64,000 bases of DNA from a bacterium (GTDB lineage Bacteria > Planctomycetota > B15-G4), in NCBI GenBank assembly GCA_030428785.1, contig JAUIEF010000006.1, forward strand, positions 7,832 through 71,831, written 5' to 3'. A model generated the notes under the pieces. It ran no database searches, was not told the DNA's origin, and was given only the letters and a program-made list of their open reading frames with translations. Of this stretch, positions 37,345 through 48,694 are shown one piece after another. The translations under genes and the position numbers were made by a program. Numbering within the stretch: the first letter of the stretch is position 1; each line of letters begins with the position of its first letter.

Positions 37345-39339
37345 TCAGCCGAGCTGCAGGACCTTCTTGTAGAAGGACGGCACGCGCGCGGGGTCGGACG
37401 TCATGAGGACGTGGTCGTAGAGCCAGGCGGGGCCGCGACCGCAGGTGACGATGCGCTCGAGCTGCCGGCGCAGCGGGTCCCAGTAGGGCTCGTCGTCGTC
37501 GCCAGCCGCGCCGAAGAACACGAGCGGCGCGGGCTCGATGACGCCGAGCTTCATGTCGGTGAGCGTGAGGCCGACCTCCTCGAGCGTGCCGACGCCGCCG
37601 ACGCAGAAGAGCTGGAAGCTCGCGACCTCGAACCAGCGCTGCCGGTTGTGCCGGCTGATGTCCTGGAAGACCTGGTAGTACTCCGACTGCTTGTTCGTGC
37701 CCTGGTCGACCGTCTCGATGTAGTTGCTGCCCGAGAGCAGGCCGAGGCGCTGCGCGTGGTCCGTGGCGAACTGCATCGCGCCCGGGCCGCCGCCCGTGAG
37801 GAACGAGAGGTTGTCGCCGAACATGCGGTGCAGGCCGTCGAGCAGCTCGCCGAGGCGCGCCTCCTCCACCGGGTCGAGCGCCTTCGCCGAGCCGTAGATG
37901 GCGATGATGAGCGCGCGCCGGAACTTGTCGACGGCGCGGGGCTCCATGAAGAAGCCGCGCAGCCCGCGGAAGACGTGGACGGCGAGGTGCTTCCGCTCGT
38001 CGTTGCACCAGCGCACCTCGAGGCCCAGCGCCTCGTAGTCGGCGAGGCGCGTCTGGTCGTTCGCGGAGAGGAACGACCCGTGCTCGTAGGACGCGCGCCG
38101 GAACACGAGCCGCTCGACCTGTCCCCGGCGCGCGGCCTGGCAGAGGTCGAGGTGCTCGAAGAGGTTCGGGAAGTAGCCGAGCAGCACGGTCGTGCGCGCG
38201 CCCTCGGGCAGGGCGCGGAGGACGGCGGTGCCGTACTCGTGCGGGCTGCCCGTGCGGTGCTCGCTGCGCGGCGAGATGGCGGCCACCTGCTCGGCGGACA
38301 TGTCGACCGGGTGCGTCCAGCTCGCGAGCGGGCGGACGCCGGCGTGCACGGGCGCCTCGCGCGGGAAGGCCGCGACGAGCCGGTGCATGTAGAGCTCCTC
38401 GCCGTCCTGCTGCTCGAGGGCGTCGAAGGTCGCGGCGACGTCCTCGTACGTGAGGTCGAGCCCCGCGTCGGCGAGGAGCGTCGGCTGCGGCGCGTCGCCT
38501 CCGGTGATCCCGGGGAGCGCGGCGCGCGCGCGGTAGACCTTCGCCGTGACGTACGGGTTGACGATCTTCCGCTCGGAGCAGTTGCTGAACTCGAGGAAGA
38601 CGCGCGTGCCGCGGGTGCTCACGGGGTCGAGGACGATGGCCTGGAGGTGCTCGCCGAGCGTCGCCGAGCCGCGGTCGAGCACGACGTAGTGCTCGTGCAG
38701 GAACATCGAGCACGACGTGATGACGCCGTCGCCCGGCTCGATCTCCACGTCGTCGACCTGCTTCGGCACCTGGAGGCGGTTGAGCAGGTTCTTGCCGTCC
38801 GCGCCGGTGAGGATCTGGTCGAGGTCCTTGCGACGAAGGTGGCGCGAGAACTCGTACTTCAACCGGTGCGTGCGGATGGTGAGCGTGCCGCTCGCGTCGA
38901 TCGAGTAGTCGGACGGGAGCTGGATCGCGTGCCGCTTGACGAGGTCGTGGATCTCGTCCGAGGTGAGCTGGCTCTCGGGCGGGCACCACACGAGGCGGCC
39001 GACGGGCAGGCCGACGCGGACGAGCGAGCCGAGCACGGGCTCGAGGCCGTAGCCGCGCACGACGGAGCGCACGGTCGCCTCGAGCACCGCGTGGTCGTCG
39101 CGGTCGAACGTGATGGATCCGTTCGGGATGACGTCGATGCCGAGGCGCGCGATGCGGCTGCGGGCCGCGAAGATGAGGTGCTCCTCCCGCCCGGCGATGA
39201 GGTCGCGGAAGCCGCGCTTGAGGTCGAAGCCGATGCGGACGACGGGCTCGCTCCCGGCGGACAGGAGCTCGATCACGGTGCCGTCGCCCGTCTCGGGGGT
39301 CACCCAGCGGCGGGTGGCGCGGGGCTGCTCGTGTTGCAT
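37345..39339 (-). CDS. LOG-family nucleotide monophosphate nucleosidase domain with ~480-aa N-terminal extension
   Basis: IAIYGSAK, LTGGGPGAM, RQRWF, VGGVGTLEEV (PGGxGTxxE-like); SD GGGAGG. Confidence 0.85.
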   Translation of the reverse strand: MQHEQPRATRRWVTPETGDGTVIELLSAGSEPVVRIGFDLKRGFRDLIAGREEHLIFAARSRIARLGIDVIPNGSITFDRDDHAVLEATVRSVVRGYGLEPVLGSLVRVGLPVGRLVWCPPESQLTSDEIHDLVKRHAIQLPSDYSIDASGTLTIRTHRLKYEFSRHLRRKDLDQILTGADGKNLLNRLQVPKQVDDVEIEPGDGVITSCSMFLHEHYVVLDRGSATLGEHLQAIVLDPVSTRGTRVFLEFSNCSERKIVNPYVTAKVYRARAALPGITGGDAPQPTLLADAGLDLTYEDVAATFDALEQQDGEELYMHRLVAAFPREAPVHAGVRPLASWTHPVDMSAEQVAAISPRSEHRTGSPHEYGTAVLRALPEGARTTVLLGYFPNLFEHLDLCQAARRGQVERLVFRRASYEHGSFLSANDQTRLADYEALGLEVRWCNDERKHLAVHVFRGLRGFFMEPRAVDKFRRALIIAIYGSAKALDPVEEARLGELLDGLHRMFGDNLSFLTGGGPGAMQFATDHAQRLGLLSGSNYIETVDQGTNKQSEYYQVFQDISRHNRQRWFEVASFQLFCVGGVGTLEEVGLTLTDMKLGVIEPAPLVFFGAAGDDDEPYWDPLRRQLERIVTCGRGPAWLYDHVLMTSDPARVPSFYKKVLQLG

Positions 39340-39411
39340 CGGGGGCCTCCCGGGGGCGGCGCGCGTCCCGCGACGCCGGAGCGGCCATCCTCGGCCGCGC
39401 GGGAGGTCGAT

Positions 39412-40458
39412 TCAATCGCGCGGTGGCGCCGACTTGCGCAGCCGCACGAGGAAGAAGCCCTCGACGCCGGGCGCCGGGAGCAGACGCCGCGCGTGGACGA
39501 GGTCCTCGTGCCAGGTCCTGCGACCCCAGCCCGCGAGGCCGGGGAGCGCGTCGGGCAGCGGCAGGTCGAGGGGCTCGACGGAGAGCGTCGCGCCGTGGCG
39601 GGCGAGGACCCGGTCGACGACGGCCTCGTTCTCCTCGGGCGCGAAGGTGCAGGTCGCGTAGACGATGCGTCCGCCGGGGCGGGTCGCCGCGACCGCGGCC
39701 TCGAGCAGGCGCGTCTGCACGCCGGCGAGGCGCGGGATGCGACGCGACGTCCAGCGCTCGTCGGACGCGGGGTGCAGCCGCGCCTCGGCGCTGCACGGCG
39801 CGTCGAGGAGCACGGCGTCGAAGGCGCCGGCGTGCGTGCGGCCGAATCCCTCGCCGCGTCGGGCCGTCGTCTCGATGTCCGGGACGCCCTGCTGCTCGAG
39901 GACCGCGCGGAGCTTGTAGACGCGCGCGCGGCTGCCGTCGTTCGCGTGGAGGCGGGGCGTCGTCGCGTCGTCGGCGCCGCGCTCGTCGTGCGCTGCGTCC
40001 GGAGCGCGCGGCGCCTCGCGGCGCTCCGCGTCCGCCGCCATGAGGCACGCGAGGAGCGTCGTCTTGCCGCCCGGCGCCGCGCAGAGGTCGAGCACGCGCT
40101 CGTCCGCGCGCGGCGCGAGGGCGAGCGGCGCGGTCATGCTCGCGAGGCCCTGCACGAAGAGCTCGCCGCGCGCGGCGGGGGCCGTCTCCTGGAGCGCGCG
40201 CAGCGCGTCGGGCGGGAGCACCGCGGCGTCCGGGAACCAGGGGACGGGCGTCGGCGCGAGCCCCGCCTCCCCGAGCTCCGCGAACACGGCCTCGCGCGCG
40301 GCGCGCAGCGTGTTCACGCGGAACGCGACGTGCCGCGGCGCGCAGAGCCCGGCGAGCACGCGGTCGAGCGCGTCCTCCGGCACGATGCGCCGCAGCCGGT
40401 CCACGAAACGCTGCGGCAGGCCCGTGGCAGGGTCCGTCGGTGGCGGTCCCCGGCTCAG
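39412..40458 (-). CDS. RsmB/RsmF/NOP2 RNA m5C methyltransferase
   Basis: FRVNTL, VLDLCAAPGGKT, LLDAPCS, YATCTFAPEENE, EGFF; probable CTG start. Confidence 0.92.
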   Translation of the reverse strand: MSRGPPPTDPATGLPQRFVDRLRRIVPEDALDRVLAGLCAPRHVAFRVNTLRAAREAVFAELGEAGLAPTPVPWFPDAAVLPPDALRALQETAPAARGELFVQGLASMTAPLALAPRADERVLDLCAAPGGKTTLLACLMAADAERREAPRAPDAAHDERGADDATTPRLHANDGSRARVYKLRAVLEQQGVPDIETTARRGEGFGRTHAGAFDAVLLDAPCSAEARLHPASDERWTSRRIPRLAGVQTRLLEAAVAATRPGGRIVYATCTFAPEENEAVVDRVLARHGATLSVEPLDLPLPDALPGLAGWGRRTWHEDLVHARRLLPAPGVEGFFLVRLRKSAPPRD

Positions 40459-41564
40459 CGCAACGCCTCCTCGCGCTCGAGGAGGACGCGCGCGTAGTTG
40501 CCGGCGAGCGCGCGGATCCCCTCGGGCGTGTAGTGCACGTGGTCCGTGAAGTACGCGTCGACGCCGTCCATGCCCGAGTTGTCGACGAAGCCGGCGCCCG
40601 TCTCCTCGGCGACCTCGCGCAGGATGCGGTTGAACGCGCGGTGGCGCGCGGCGGCGACCTCGTCCGCCGGGTAGCGCACGATGTCGTTGTACGGCTTCTC
40701 GCCCATGTGCCGGGCGAAGCGCGTCGGGTCGGCGTGGCGCGCCTGGCTGCCGAACACGACGTCGACGTCGCGGCTCCGCGCGAGCGCCGCGAACGACCGC
40801 AGGTTGCGCGCGAAGACCGCGGCGACCTCGGGCTCGGGCTCCTCCGGGTAGTCGGCGCGCTTCAGGGAGCGGTCCGTCTCCTCGCCGAGGACGTCGCGCA
40901 GGAACCAGTACGCCTCGCTCCACTGGAGCAGCACGGCGGCCGGCGTGTACTCGCTGCGCAGGTCCGGGCCGAGGTACGAGGGGTGGCCGTACTTGTTCGA
41001 GTAGTCGGGCACGAACCCCGGGAAGTAGCTCGCGTGGAGGTCGTTCGTGGCGTGGCTCAGGATGACGACGTCCGGGTCCCACGAGAGGGCGTCGAGCGCG
41101 AGGACCACGAGCGAGTGCGCCGTCGAGTAGGCCGCGAAGCCGACGTTGATGACCTCGATGTCGTCGCGGCCCGTCGCCTCGCGCAGCTGCTCCTGGAGCA
41201 CGAGCGGGTAGTGGATGCGCTCGGCCTCCCAGGCCTCCATGTTGTGCGTCGTGCTGCCGCCGAAGACGACGACGCGGAACGCGCCGGGCGCCTTCTCGAA
41301 CGGGTAGCGCTCGCCGTGCACCGAGCGGATGACGAGCGTCCCGTCGTCGTCGCGGAGGACCAGGTCCTCGCCGAATTGGCGGAAGGGGCGCGCCGGCCGA
41401 CGCTCCCGCGCGAGCGGGTTGCGCCCGGCGCCGAAGCCGCGGCCCGACACGAGGTCGACGCCGCGCACGCCGACCTCGAGGGCGGCGGCGAGGCCCACGA
41501 CGAGCAGCAGGAGGAGCGCGACGCGCGAGCGGCGCGGGCGGCGGCGCGGCGGCGGGGTCGTCAT
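40455..41564 (-). CDS. SGNH/GDSL hydrolase family protein, membrane-anchored
   Basis: FGGSTT, EVINVG, ATND, FTDHVHYT; N-terminal TM segment. Confidence 0.88.
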   Translation of the reverse strand: MTTPPPRRRPRRSRVALLLLLVVGLAAALEVGVRGVDLVSGRGFGAGRNPLARERRPARPFRQFGEDLVLRDDDGTLVIRSVHGERYPFEKAPGAFRVVVFGGSTTHNMEAWEAERIHYPLVLQEQLREATGRDDIEVINVGFAAYSTAHSLVVLALDALSWDPDVVILSHATNDLHASYFPGFVPDYSNKYGHPSYLGPDLRSEYTPAAVLLQWSEAYWFLRDVLGEETDRSLKRADYPEEPEPEVAAVFARNLRSFAALARSRDVDVVFGSQARHADPTRFARHMGEKPYNDIVRYPADEVAAARHRAFNRILREVAEETGAGFVDNSGMDGVDAYFTDHVHYTPEGIRALAGNYARVLLEREEALR

Positions 41565-41699
41565 GGCGCGCGGAGTCTGCGGGGGCGGTCGACGCGGGGG
41601 AGACCGGCCGGCCGCGGGGCGTGAGGCGGACCGAGCCTAGCGCAGCGGCGGGGGCGAATCCCGCCCGTCGTCGGGCGGACGTCGAGCGACCCCGGACGC

Positions 41700-41737
41700 T
41701 TGCGCCGCAGGACCGGGCGCCCCATCGTGGCCGCATG
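41700..41737 (+). promoter_or_regulatory. Putative leaderless promoter TTGCGC-N17-CATCGT-N6-ATG
   Basis: Spacing read directly upstream of ATG 41735. Confidence 0.4.
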
Positions 41738-42760
41738 CTCCGCACCGCTCCCCCGTCGCGTCATTCCCTCGTGGTCGTCGTCCGTGCGATCGCGTGCCTC
41801 GGGGTGCTCCTCGGGGCGGGCTGCGGCTCCCCCGCCGCGTCGCGGGACCCGGCGCCCGAGGGGCCCTACGTCCTCGTGCTCGGCACGGCCCAGGACGCCG
41901 GCCTCCCGCAGATCGGCTGCCGGGCGGCGTGCTGCGAGGCGGCCCGCGCGGACCCCGCGCGGCGCCGGTTCGCGAGCGCGCTCCTCGTCGTGGACCCGGC
42001 GAGCGGCGGACGCTGGCTGCTCGACTGCGGGCCGGACCTGCGGGAGCAGGTCGAGGCGATGCGCGGGCACCCCCCGACGCGCGCGCTGCCCGGCGCGCGG
42101 CCGCCGCTCGTCGACGCCGTGTTCCTCACCCACGCGCACATGGGGCACGTCGCGGGCCTCCTCCACCTGGGCAACGAGGCCTACGCGGCGCGCGACCTGC
42201 CCGTGCACGGCACGGCGTCCATGGCGGCCTTCCTCGCCGGGCACCAGCCCTGGGCGCTGCTCGTGTCGCTCGGCAACGTGCGGCCGGTCGTCGTCGAGCC
42301 GGGGGTGCCGACGCCGCTGCGCGGCCCGGACGGCGCGGTCGTCCCGGGGCTCACGGTCACCGCCTTCCGCGTCCCCCACCGCGACGAGGTCACGGACACC
42401 GTGGGCTTCGTCGTCGACGGGCCGAGCGCGTCGCTCGCCTACCTGCCGGACATCGACAAGTGGGAGCGCTGGGAGCGGCCGCTCGAGGAGCTCCTCGCGT
42501 CGGTGGACGTCGCGCTCCTCGACGGCACCTTCTTCGCCGACGGCGAGGTCCCGGGGCGCGCGCTCGCGGACATCCCGCACCCGTTCGTGAGCGAGACGAT
42601 CGCGCGGCTCGCGGCGCAGCCGGCGTCGCTGCGCTCACGCGTCGTCTTCACGCACCTCAACCACGGCAACCCCGCGGCGGACCCGACGAGCGCGGCGGCC
42701 GCGGCGGTGCGGGACGCGGGGATGCGCGTCGCGCGCGAGGGTGACGTCTTCGGGCTCTAG
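41735..42760 (+). CDS. PqqB-like metallo-beta-lactamase fold hydrolase (possible lipoprotein)
   Basis: LGTAQDAGLPQIGC..CC, THAHMGH, VPHRDE, PDIDKW, LDGTF, HLNHGN; LGAGC lipobox-like. No pqq operon nearby. Confidence 0.85.
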   Translation: MLRTAPPSRHSLVVVVRAIACLGVLLGAGCGSPAASRDPAPEGPYVLVLGTAQDAGLPQIGCRAACCEAARADPARRRFASALLVVDPASGGRWLLDCGPDLREQVEAMRGHPPTRALPGARPPLVDAVFLTHAHMGHVAGLLHLGNEAYAARDLPVHGTASMAAFLAGHQPWALLVSLGNVRPVVVEPGVPTPLRGPDGAVVPGLTVTAFRVPHRDEVTDTVGFVVDGPSASLAYLPDIDKWERWERPLEELLASVDVALLDGTFFADGEVPGRALADIPHPFVSETIARLAAQPASLRSRVVFTHLNHGNPAADPTSAAAAAVRDAGMRVAREGDVFGL

Positions 42761-42922
42761 CAGCCCGTGGTGAAAGTGCTTCGAGTGCGAGGGTGTCTCG
42801 GCTGCGCCAGATCAAGGCGCCGGACCGGAGGCGAATCCATGGATTCGTCGAGGATCCGGCTACGCAGAGCTGGCGCAGCCGAGGCGCCCTCGCGCCGAAT
42901 GACTTTCGCCACGGGCTGCTAG
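42757..42922 (+). mobile_element. CTAG-bounded long imperfect palindrome (MITE/REP-like element, copy B, 166 bp)
   Basis: CTAGCAGCCCGTGGTGAAAGT/ACTTTCGCCACGGGCTGCTAG, GTGCGAGGGTGTCTCGGCTGCGCCAG/CTGGCGCAGCCGAGGCGCCCTCGCGC, GGCGAATCC/GGATTCGTC. Mobility is inferred. Confidence 0.75.
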
Positions 42923-42926
42923 CCCC

Positions 42927-44525
42927 CTACTCCCACTCGATGGTCGCGGGCGGCTTGCTCGAGATGTCGTAGACGACGCGGTTGATCCCGTCGACCTCGT
43001 TGATGATGCGGTTGCTCACCTTGGCGAGCAGGTCGCTCGGCAGGCGGCTCCAGTCCGCGGTCATGAAGTCGGTCGTGTCGACGCTGCGCAGGGCGAGGAC
43101 GTTCTCGTAGGTCCGCGCGTCGCCCATGACGCCCACGGACCGCACGGGGAGCAGCACGCAGAAGGCCTGCGAGGTGCGCTCCATCCAGCCCGAGCGGGTG
43201 AGCTCCTCGCGGAAGATCGCGTCGGCCTCGCGCAGCACCGCGAGCTTCTCGCGCGTGACCTCGCCGGGGCAGCGCACGGCGAGGCCGGGTCCCGGGAACG
43301 GGTGGCGTGAGACGATCTCGTCGGGCAGCCCGAGCCGACGCCCGAGCTCGCGCACCTCGTCCTTGAAGAGCTCGCGGAACGGCTCGACCAGCTCGAACTG
43401 CAGGTCGTCGGGGAGGCCGCCCACGTTGTGGTGCGTCTTGATCGTCGAGGTCGGCCCGCCGTGCGCCGCGACGGACTCGATGACGTCCGGGTAGAGCGTG
43501 CCCTGCGCGAGGAAGGCCGCGTCGTCCGCGGCGCGCGCCTCGTCGGCGAACACGTCGATGAACACCTTGCCGATGCGGCGCCGCTTCTCCTCCGGGTCGT
43601 CGACTCCCGCGAGCGCGCCGAGGAACGCGTCCGTCGCGTCGACGTGCCGCAGCCGGATGCCGAAGCTCCCGCCGAAGGTGTCCTGCACCTGGCGCGACTC
43701 GCCCTTCCGGAGCAGGCCGTTGTCCACGAAGATGCACGTGAGCTTGTCGCCGAGCGCGCGGTGGAGCAGCACGGCGAGCGTGCTGCTGTCGACGCCGCCG
43801 GAGAGCCCGCAGAGCACGTGCCGGTCCCCCACCTGGCGACGCACGGCGGCCGTCGCCTCCTCGAGGAAGGAGCCCATCTCCCAGCTCGGGTCGCAGCCGC
43901 AGCGCTCGTGCAGGAAGTGCGCGAGCATCGGCGTGCCGTGCTCGGTGTGGCTCACCTCGGGGTGGAACTGGATGCCGAGGAAGCGACCGTCCATGCCCTC
44001 GACCGCGGCGTACGGACAGCCCTCGCTCGAGGCGAGCTTGCGGAAGCCGTCGGGCAGCCGGGCGACGCGGTCGCCGTGGCTCATCCAGACGATGCTCGAG
44101 GCCGGCGCGCCGGGCAGTCCGTCCGCGTGGAGCTCCGTCCGGCCGTACTCGCCGCCGCCGCTGCCGCGCTGCACCTCGCCGCCGAGCTGGTGCATCGTCG
44201 CCTGCATGCCGTAGCAGATGCCGAGCACCGGGACGCCCGCGTCGAGCAGCTCCGGCTCCACGAGCACCGCGTCGGGCGCGTAGACCGAGCGCGGTCCGCC
44301 CGACAGGATGAGGCCCTTGAGCTGCGTGCGCGTGCCGCCGTCGCCGCCCGCCGCGCGCTCGCCCGGCTCGGTCACGGCGAGGATGTCCTCCACCGGGGCG
44401 GTGCACGGGTAGATGCGGCAGAAGACGCCGAGCTCCCGCACGCGCCGCGCGATGAGCTGGGTGAACTGGCTTCCGAAGTCGACGATGGCGACCGCGTCGT
44501 GGCGGGCGCCCATCGGGCTCTCCAT
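42927..44525 (-). CDS. guaA: GMP synthase (glutamine-hydrolysing)
   Basis: DFGSQFTQLIARR, GICYGMQ, QFHPEV, SGGVDS, QGTLYPDVIES, KPPATIEWE. Confidence 0.98.
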   Translation of the reverse strand: MESPMGARHDAVAIVDFGSQFTQLIARRVRELGVFCRIYPCTAPVEDILAVTEPGERAAGGDGGTRTQLKGLILSGGPRSVYAPDAVLVEPELLDAGVPVLGICYGMQATMHQLGGEVQRGSGGGEYGRTELHADGLPGAPASSIVWMSHGDRVARLPDGFRKLASSEGCPYAAVEGMDGRFLGIQFHPEVSHTEHGTPMLAHFLHERCGCDPSWEMGSFLEEATAAVRRQVGDRHVLCGLSGGVDSSTLAVLLHRALGDKLTCIFVDNGLLRKGESRQVQDTFGGSFGIRLRHVDATDAFLGALAGVDDPEEKRRRIGKVFIDVFADEARAADDAAFLAQGTLYPDVIESVAAHGGPTSTIKTHHNVGGLPDDLQFELVEPFRELFKDEVRELGRRLGLPDEIVSRHPFPGPGLAVRCPGEVTREKLAVLREADAIFREELTRSGWMERTSQAFCVLLPVRSVGVMGDARTYENVLALRSVDTTDFMTADWSRLPSDLLAKVSNRIINEVDGINRVVYDISSKPPATIEWE

Positions 44526-44538
44526 GGGCGGCGTGACC

Positions 44539-46404
<1,866 letters not shown>

Positions 46405-48552
46405 TCAGGGCAGGTTGCGCAGCTCGCGCGGGAGCGGCGGACCGGCCGGCTCCTCCCAGCCCGGGTAGAGCTTCACGCCGTCACCGTCCATCGCCGTCCA
46501 GAGCGCGGTGCTCGGGCGGTGCCACCCGCCGCGCCGCAGGAAGCGCTCGTAGGTGGGCCACCAGCAGTCCGGCGAGCCGGGCATGACCTGGAGCAGGTGC
46601 GTCACGTGCTTGAACTCCTGCGCGAGCTCCGCCCAGAGCGACGCGGGCCCGTCCTCGAGCGCCACGGCGTAGAAGTGCCGCGCCGCCGCGAGCGCCTCGA
46701 CGCGCTCCGGGCCGGTCGTCTCCTCCGCGAGCGTCCGCCAGACCTTCGCGAGCCGCACGATCGCGTCGACGTCCACGGTGCGGAGCCGCGACTGGAGCGA
46801 GTACTCGAGGTGGCCGATGGCCTCGCGCAGTCGACCGGCCCGCACGAGCGCCTCGATGTACTCGGAGCGCCGCGCCTCGTCGCCGGGCGCCGCGTCCGAC
46901 GCCTCCTTGAAGACGTCGACGGCCTCGTCCTCGCGCCCGAGGGCCATGAGCGCCTCGCCCTCGATGCGCATGAGGTCGGTCTTGAACGGCGAGAGCGCGC
47001 GCGCCGCGCGGATGTGCAGCAGCGCCGCCTCGTGGTGTCCGCGCGAGTTGTCGAGCTGCGCGATGCGCGCCTCGGGCACCCACGAGCCCGTCCGCATGCG
47101 CGCGATGTCCTCGAGCCGCGCGGCGGCGACGTCGTAGTTCTTCTCGGTGATGGCCTCCTCGGCCTGCGCGGCCCGCCACGACGCCGGCATGCGCTGCACG
47201 ACGTAGGCGGCGCCGGCCGTGCTGAGCCCGATGACGAGCAGCGCCGTGAGCGGGTTCGGGCGGAGGCTCGACACGCGTCCGCCCGTCTCGCCGAGCCGGG
47301 TCGTCACGCCGACGACGAAGCCGAGCACCGACGCCGTGGAGCCCATCGTGAACGGCACCTCGAAGAGCCCGCACAGCAGGAAGGCGATCGTCGACCCGAG
47401 GAGCCCCACCCCGCACGCGAACGCGCCCGGCGAGCGCGCGGTCGTGAGGATCCGGAGCTGCGTGAGCACGAGCGAGCCGAAGAGCGCGAGGAAGAGCACG
47501 AGCCCCGGGATGCCGAGCTCGGCGAGGACCTGGAGCGCGTCGTTGTGCGCGTGCGGCCGGTCCTGGATGTGCCGCTCGTAGCGCGGGTACTCGACGGCCC
47601 AGTTCGCGACGCCGACGCCGCGCAGCGGCGCCTCCTGCGCCATCGCGACGGTCTTCTTGAAGAGGTCGGGCCGGAAGCCGGAGTCCTGGAGGTCGGAGAC
47701 GCCGTACTCCTCGAGCGTGCGCGTCGCCGCGTAGAAGGCGTCCTTGCCGAGCCCGCGCGCCTGCTCCGAGAACGGGAGCACCGCGAGCACGAGCACGACG
47801 ACCGCGAGCGCCGTCCCGGCGGCGCGCCCCGTGAACCGCATGCGCACGAGCCGCTTGCGGAGCACGAACGCGAGCACGACGAGCGGCAGCCCCGCCGCCG
47901 CGATGAGGATGCCCGAGCGGTTGCCCAGCAGGACGAGGTACGCGACGCCGCCGGCCGTCCCGGCGAGCCCCAGCAGCCGTTGGAGGCCCTGCCCGCCGAG
48001 CAGGAGCGCCGCCGAGAGCGGCAGGAGGACGACGGCGTAGTTGCCCGCGACGTTGTTGTGCCCGAAGAGCAGCGACGCGTACTTCGTCGCGCCGGACTGC
48101 GAGAGGTCCGGCGCGCGATCCCGGATGGCCACGGCGTCGACGGCCATGGCGACCACGGCGACGGTCACGAGCGCGGCGATCCACGCGCGCGCGGGCGCCG
48201 GGCCCGCGACGGCGGCGCGCACCGTGCGCGCCACGCCGAGCACGGCGAGCAGCATGACGAGCATCGAGGTGCCCACGACCGCGTTCGTCGCCCAGAGCGT
48301 GCTCGCGGCGCCCCACGTCACGAGCGCGACGAGCAGCGCCTCGGGCGTCGCGAGGAGCAGCGACGCGCGCCGCCCGAAGAGCCCCTCGGCCGCCTCGAGC
48401 CCGAGCAGCACGGCGCCGACCAGGCACAGCACGAGGCGCTCCGTCGTGAGCGTGTCGAGCCCGAACGGGTCCACGACGAGCGGCACGAGGAGCGCCAGCG
48501 GCAGGACGAGCCGGCGCAGGACGCTGGGGGCGGTGGTCTCCACGGCGGGCAT
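46405..48552 (-). CDS. O-antigen ligase (Wzy_C) family membrane protein with C-terminal TPRs
   Basis: [32 protein letters not shown]; many TM segments; TPR-like tail. Confidence 0.88.
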   Translation of the reverse strand: MPAVETTAPSVLRRLVLPLALLVPLVVDPFGLDTLTTERLVLCLVGAVLLGLEAAEGLFGRRASLLLATPEALLVALVTWGAASTLWATNAVVGTSMLVMLLAVLGVARTVRAAVAGPAPARAWIAALVTVAVVAMAVDAVAIRDRAPDLSQSGATKYASLLFGHNNVAGNYAVVLLPLSAALLLGGQGLQRLLGLAGTAGGVAYLVLLGNRSGILIAAAGLPLVVLAFVLRKRLVRMRFTGRAAGTALAVVVLVLAVLPFSEQARGLGKDAFYAATRTLEEYGVSDLQDSGFRPDLFKKTVAMAQEAPLRGVGVANWAVEYPRYERHIQDRPHAHNDALQVLAELGIPGLVLFLALFGSLVLTQLRILTTARSPGAFACGVGLLGSTIAFLLCGLFEVPFTMGSTASVLGFVVGVTTRLGETGGRVSSLRPNPLTALLVIGLSTAGAAYVVQRMPASWRAAQAEEAITEKNYDVAAARLEDIARMRTGSWVPEARIAQLDNSRGHHEAALLHIRAARALSPFKTDLMRIEGEALMALGREDEAVDVFKEASDAAPGDEARRSEYIEALVRAGRLREAIGHLEYSLQSRLRTVDVDAIVRLAKVWRTLAEETTGPERVEALAAARHFYAVALEDGPASLWAELAQEFKHVTHLLQVMPGSPDCWWPTYERFLRRGGWHRPSTALWTAMDGDGVKLYPGWEEPAGPPLPRELRNLP

Positions 48553-48694
48553 TCTCCCGACGCGACCCGGCCGGCGCCACCCGGGACGCGCCCTGCCGGT
48601 GAAAGCCCGCGGAGCGTGTGCGAGACTCCGCCCCCATGACCGCGCCCGCGCCGCACGCCCCGCCGCATCGGACTCCGTCGATGGGAGCCCGCCC

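Noticed and set aside
41735-42760. PQQ biosynthesis cluster
   Set aside because: Only a PqqB-like MBL fold with an export signal; no pqqA/C/D/E nearby.
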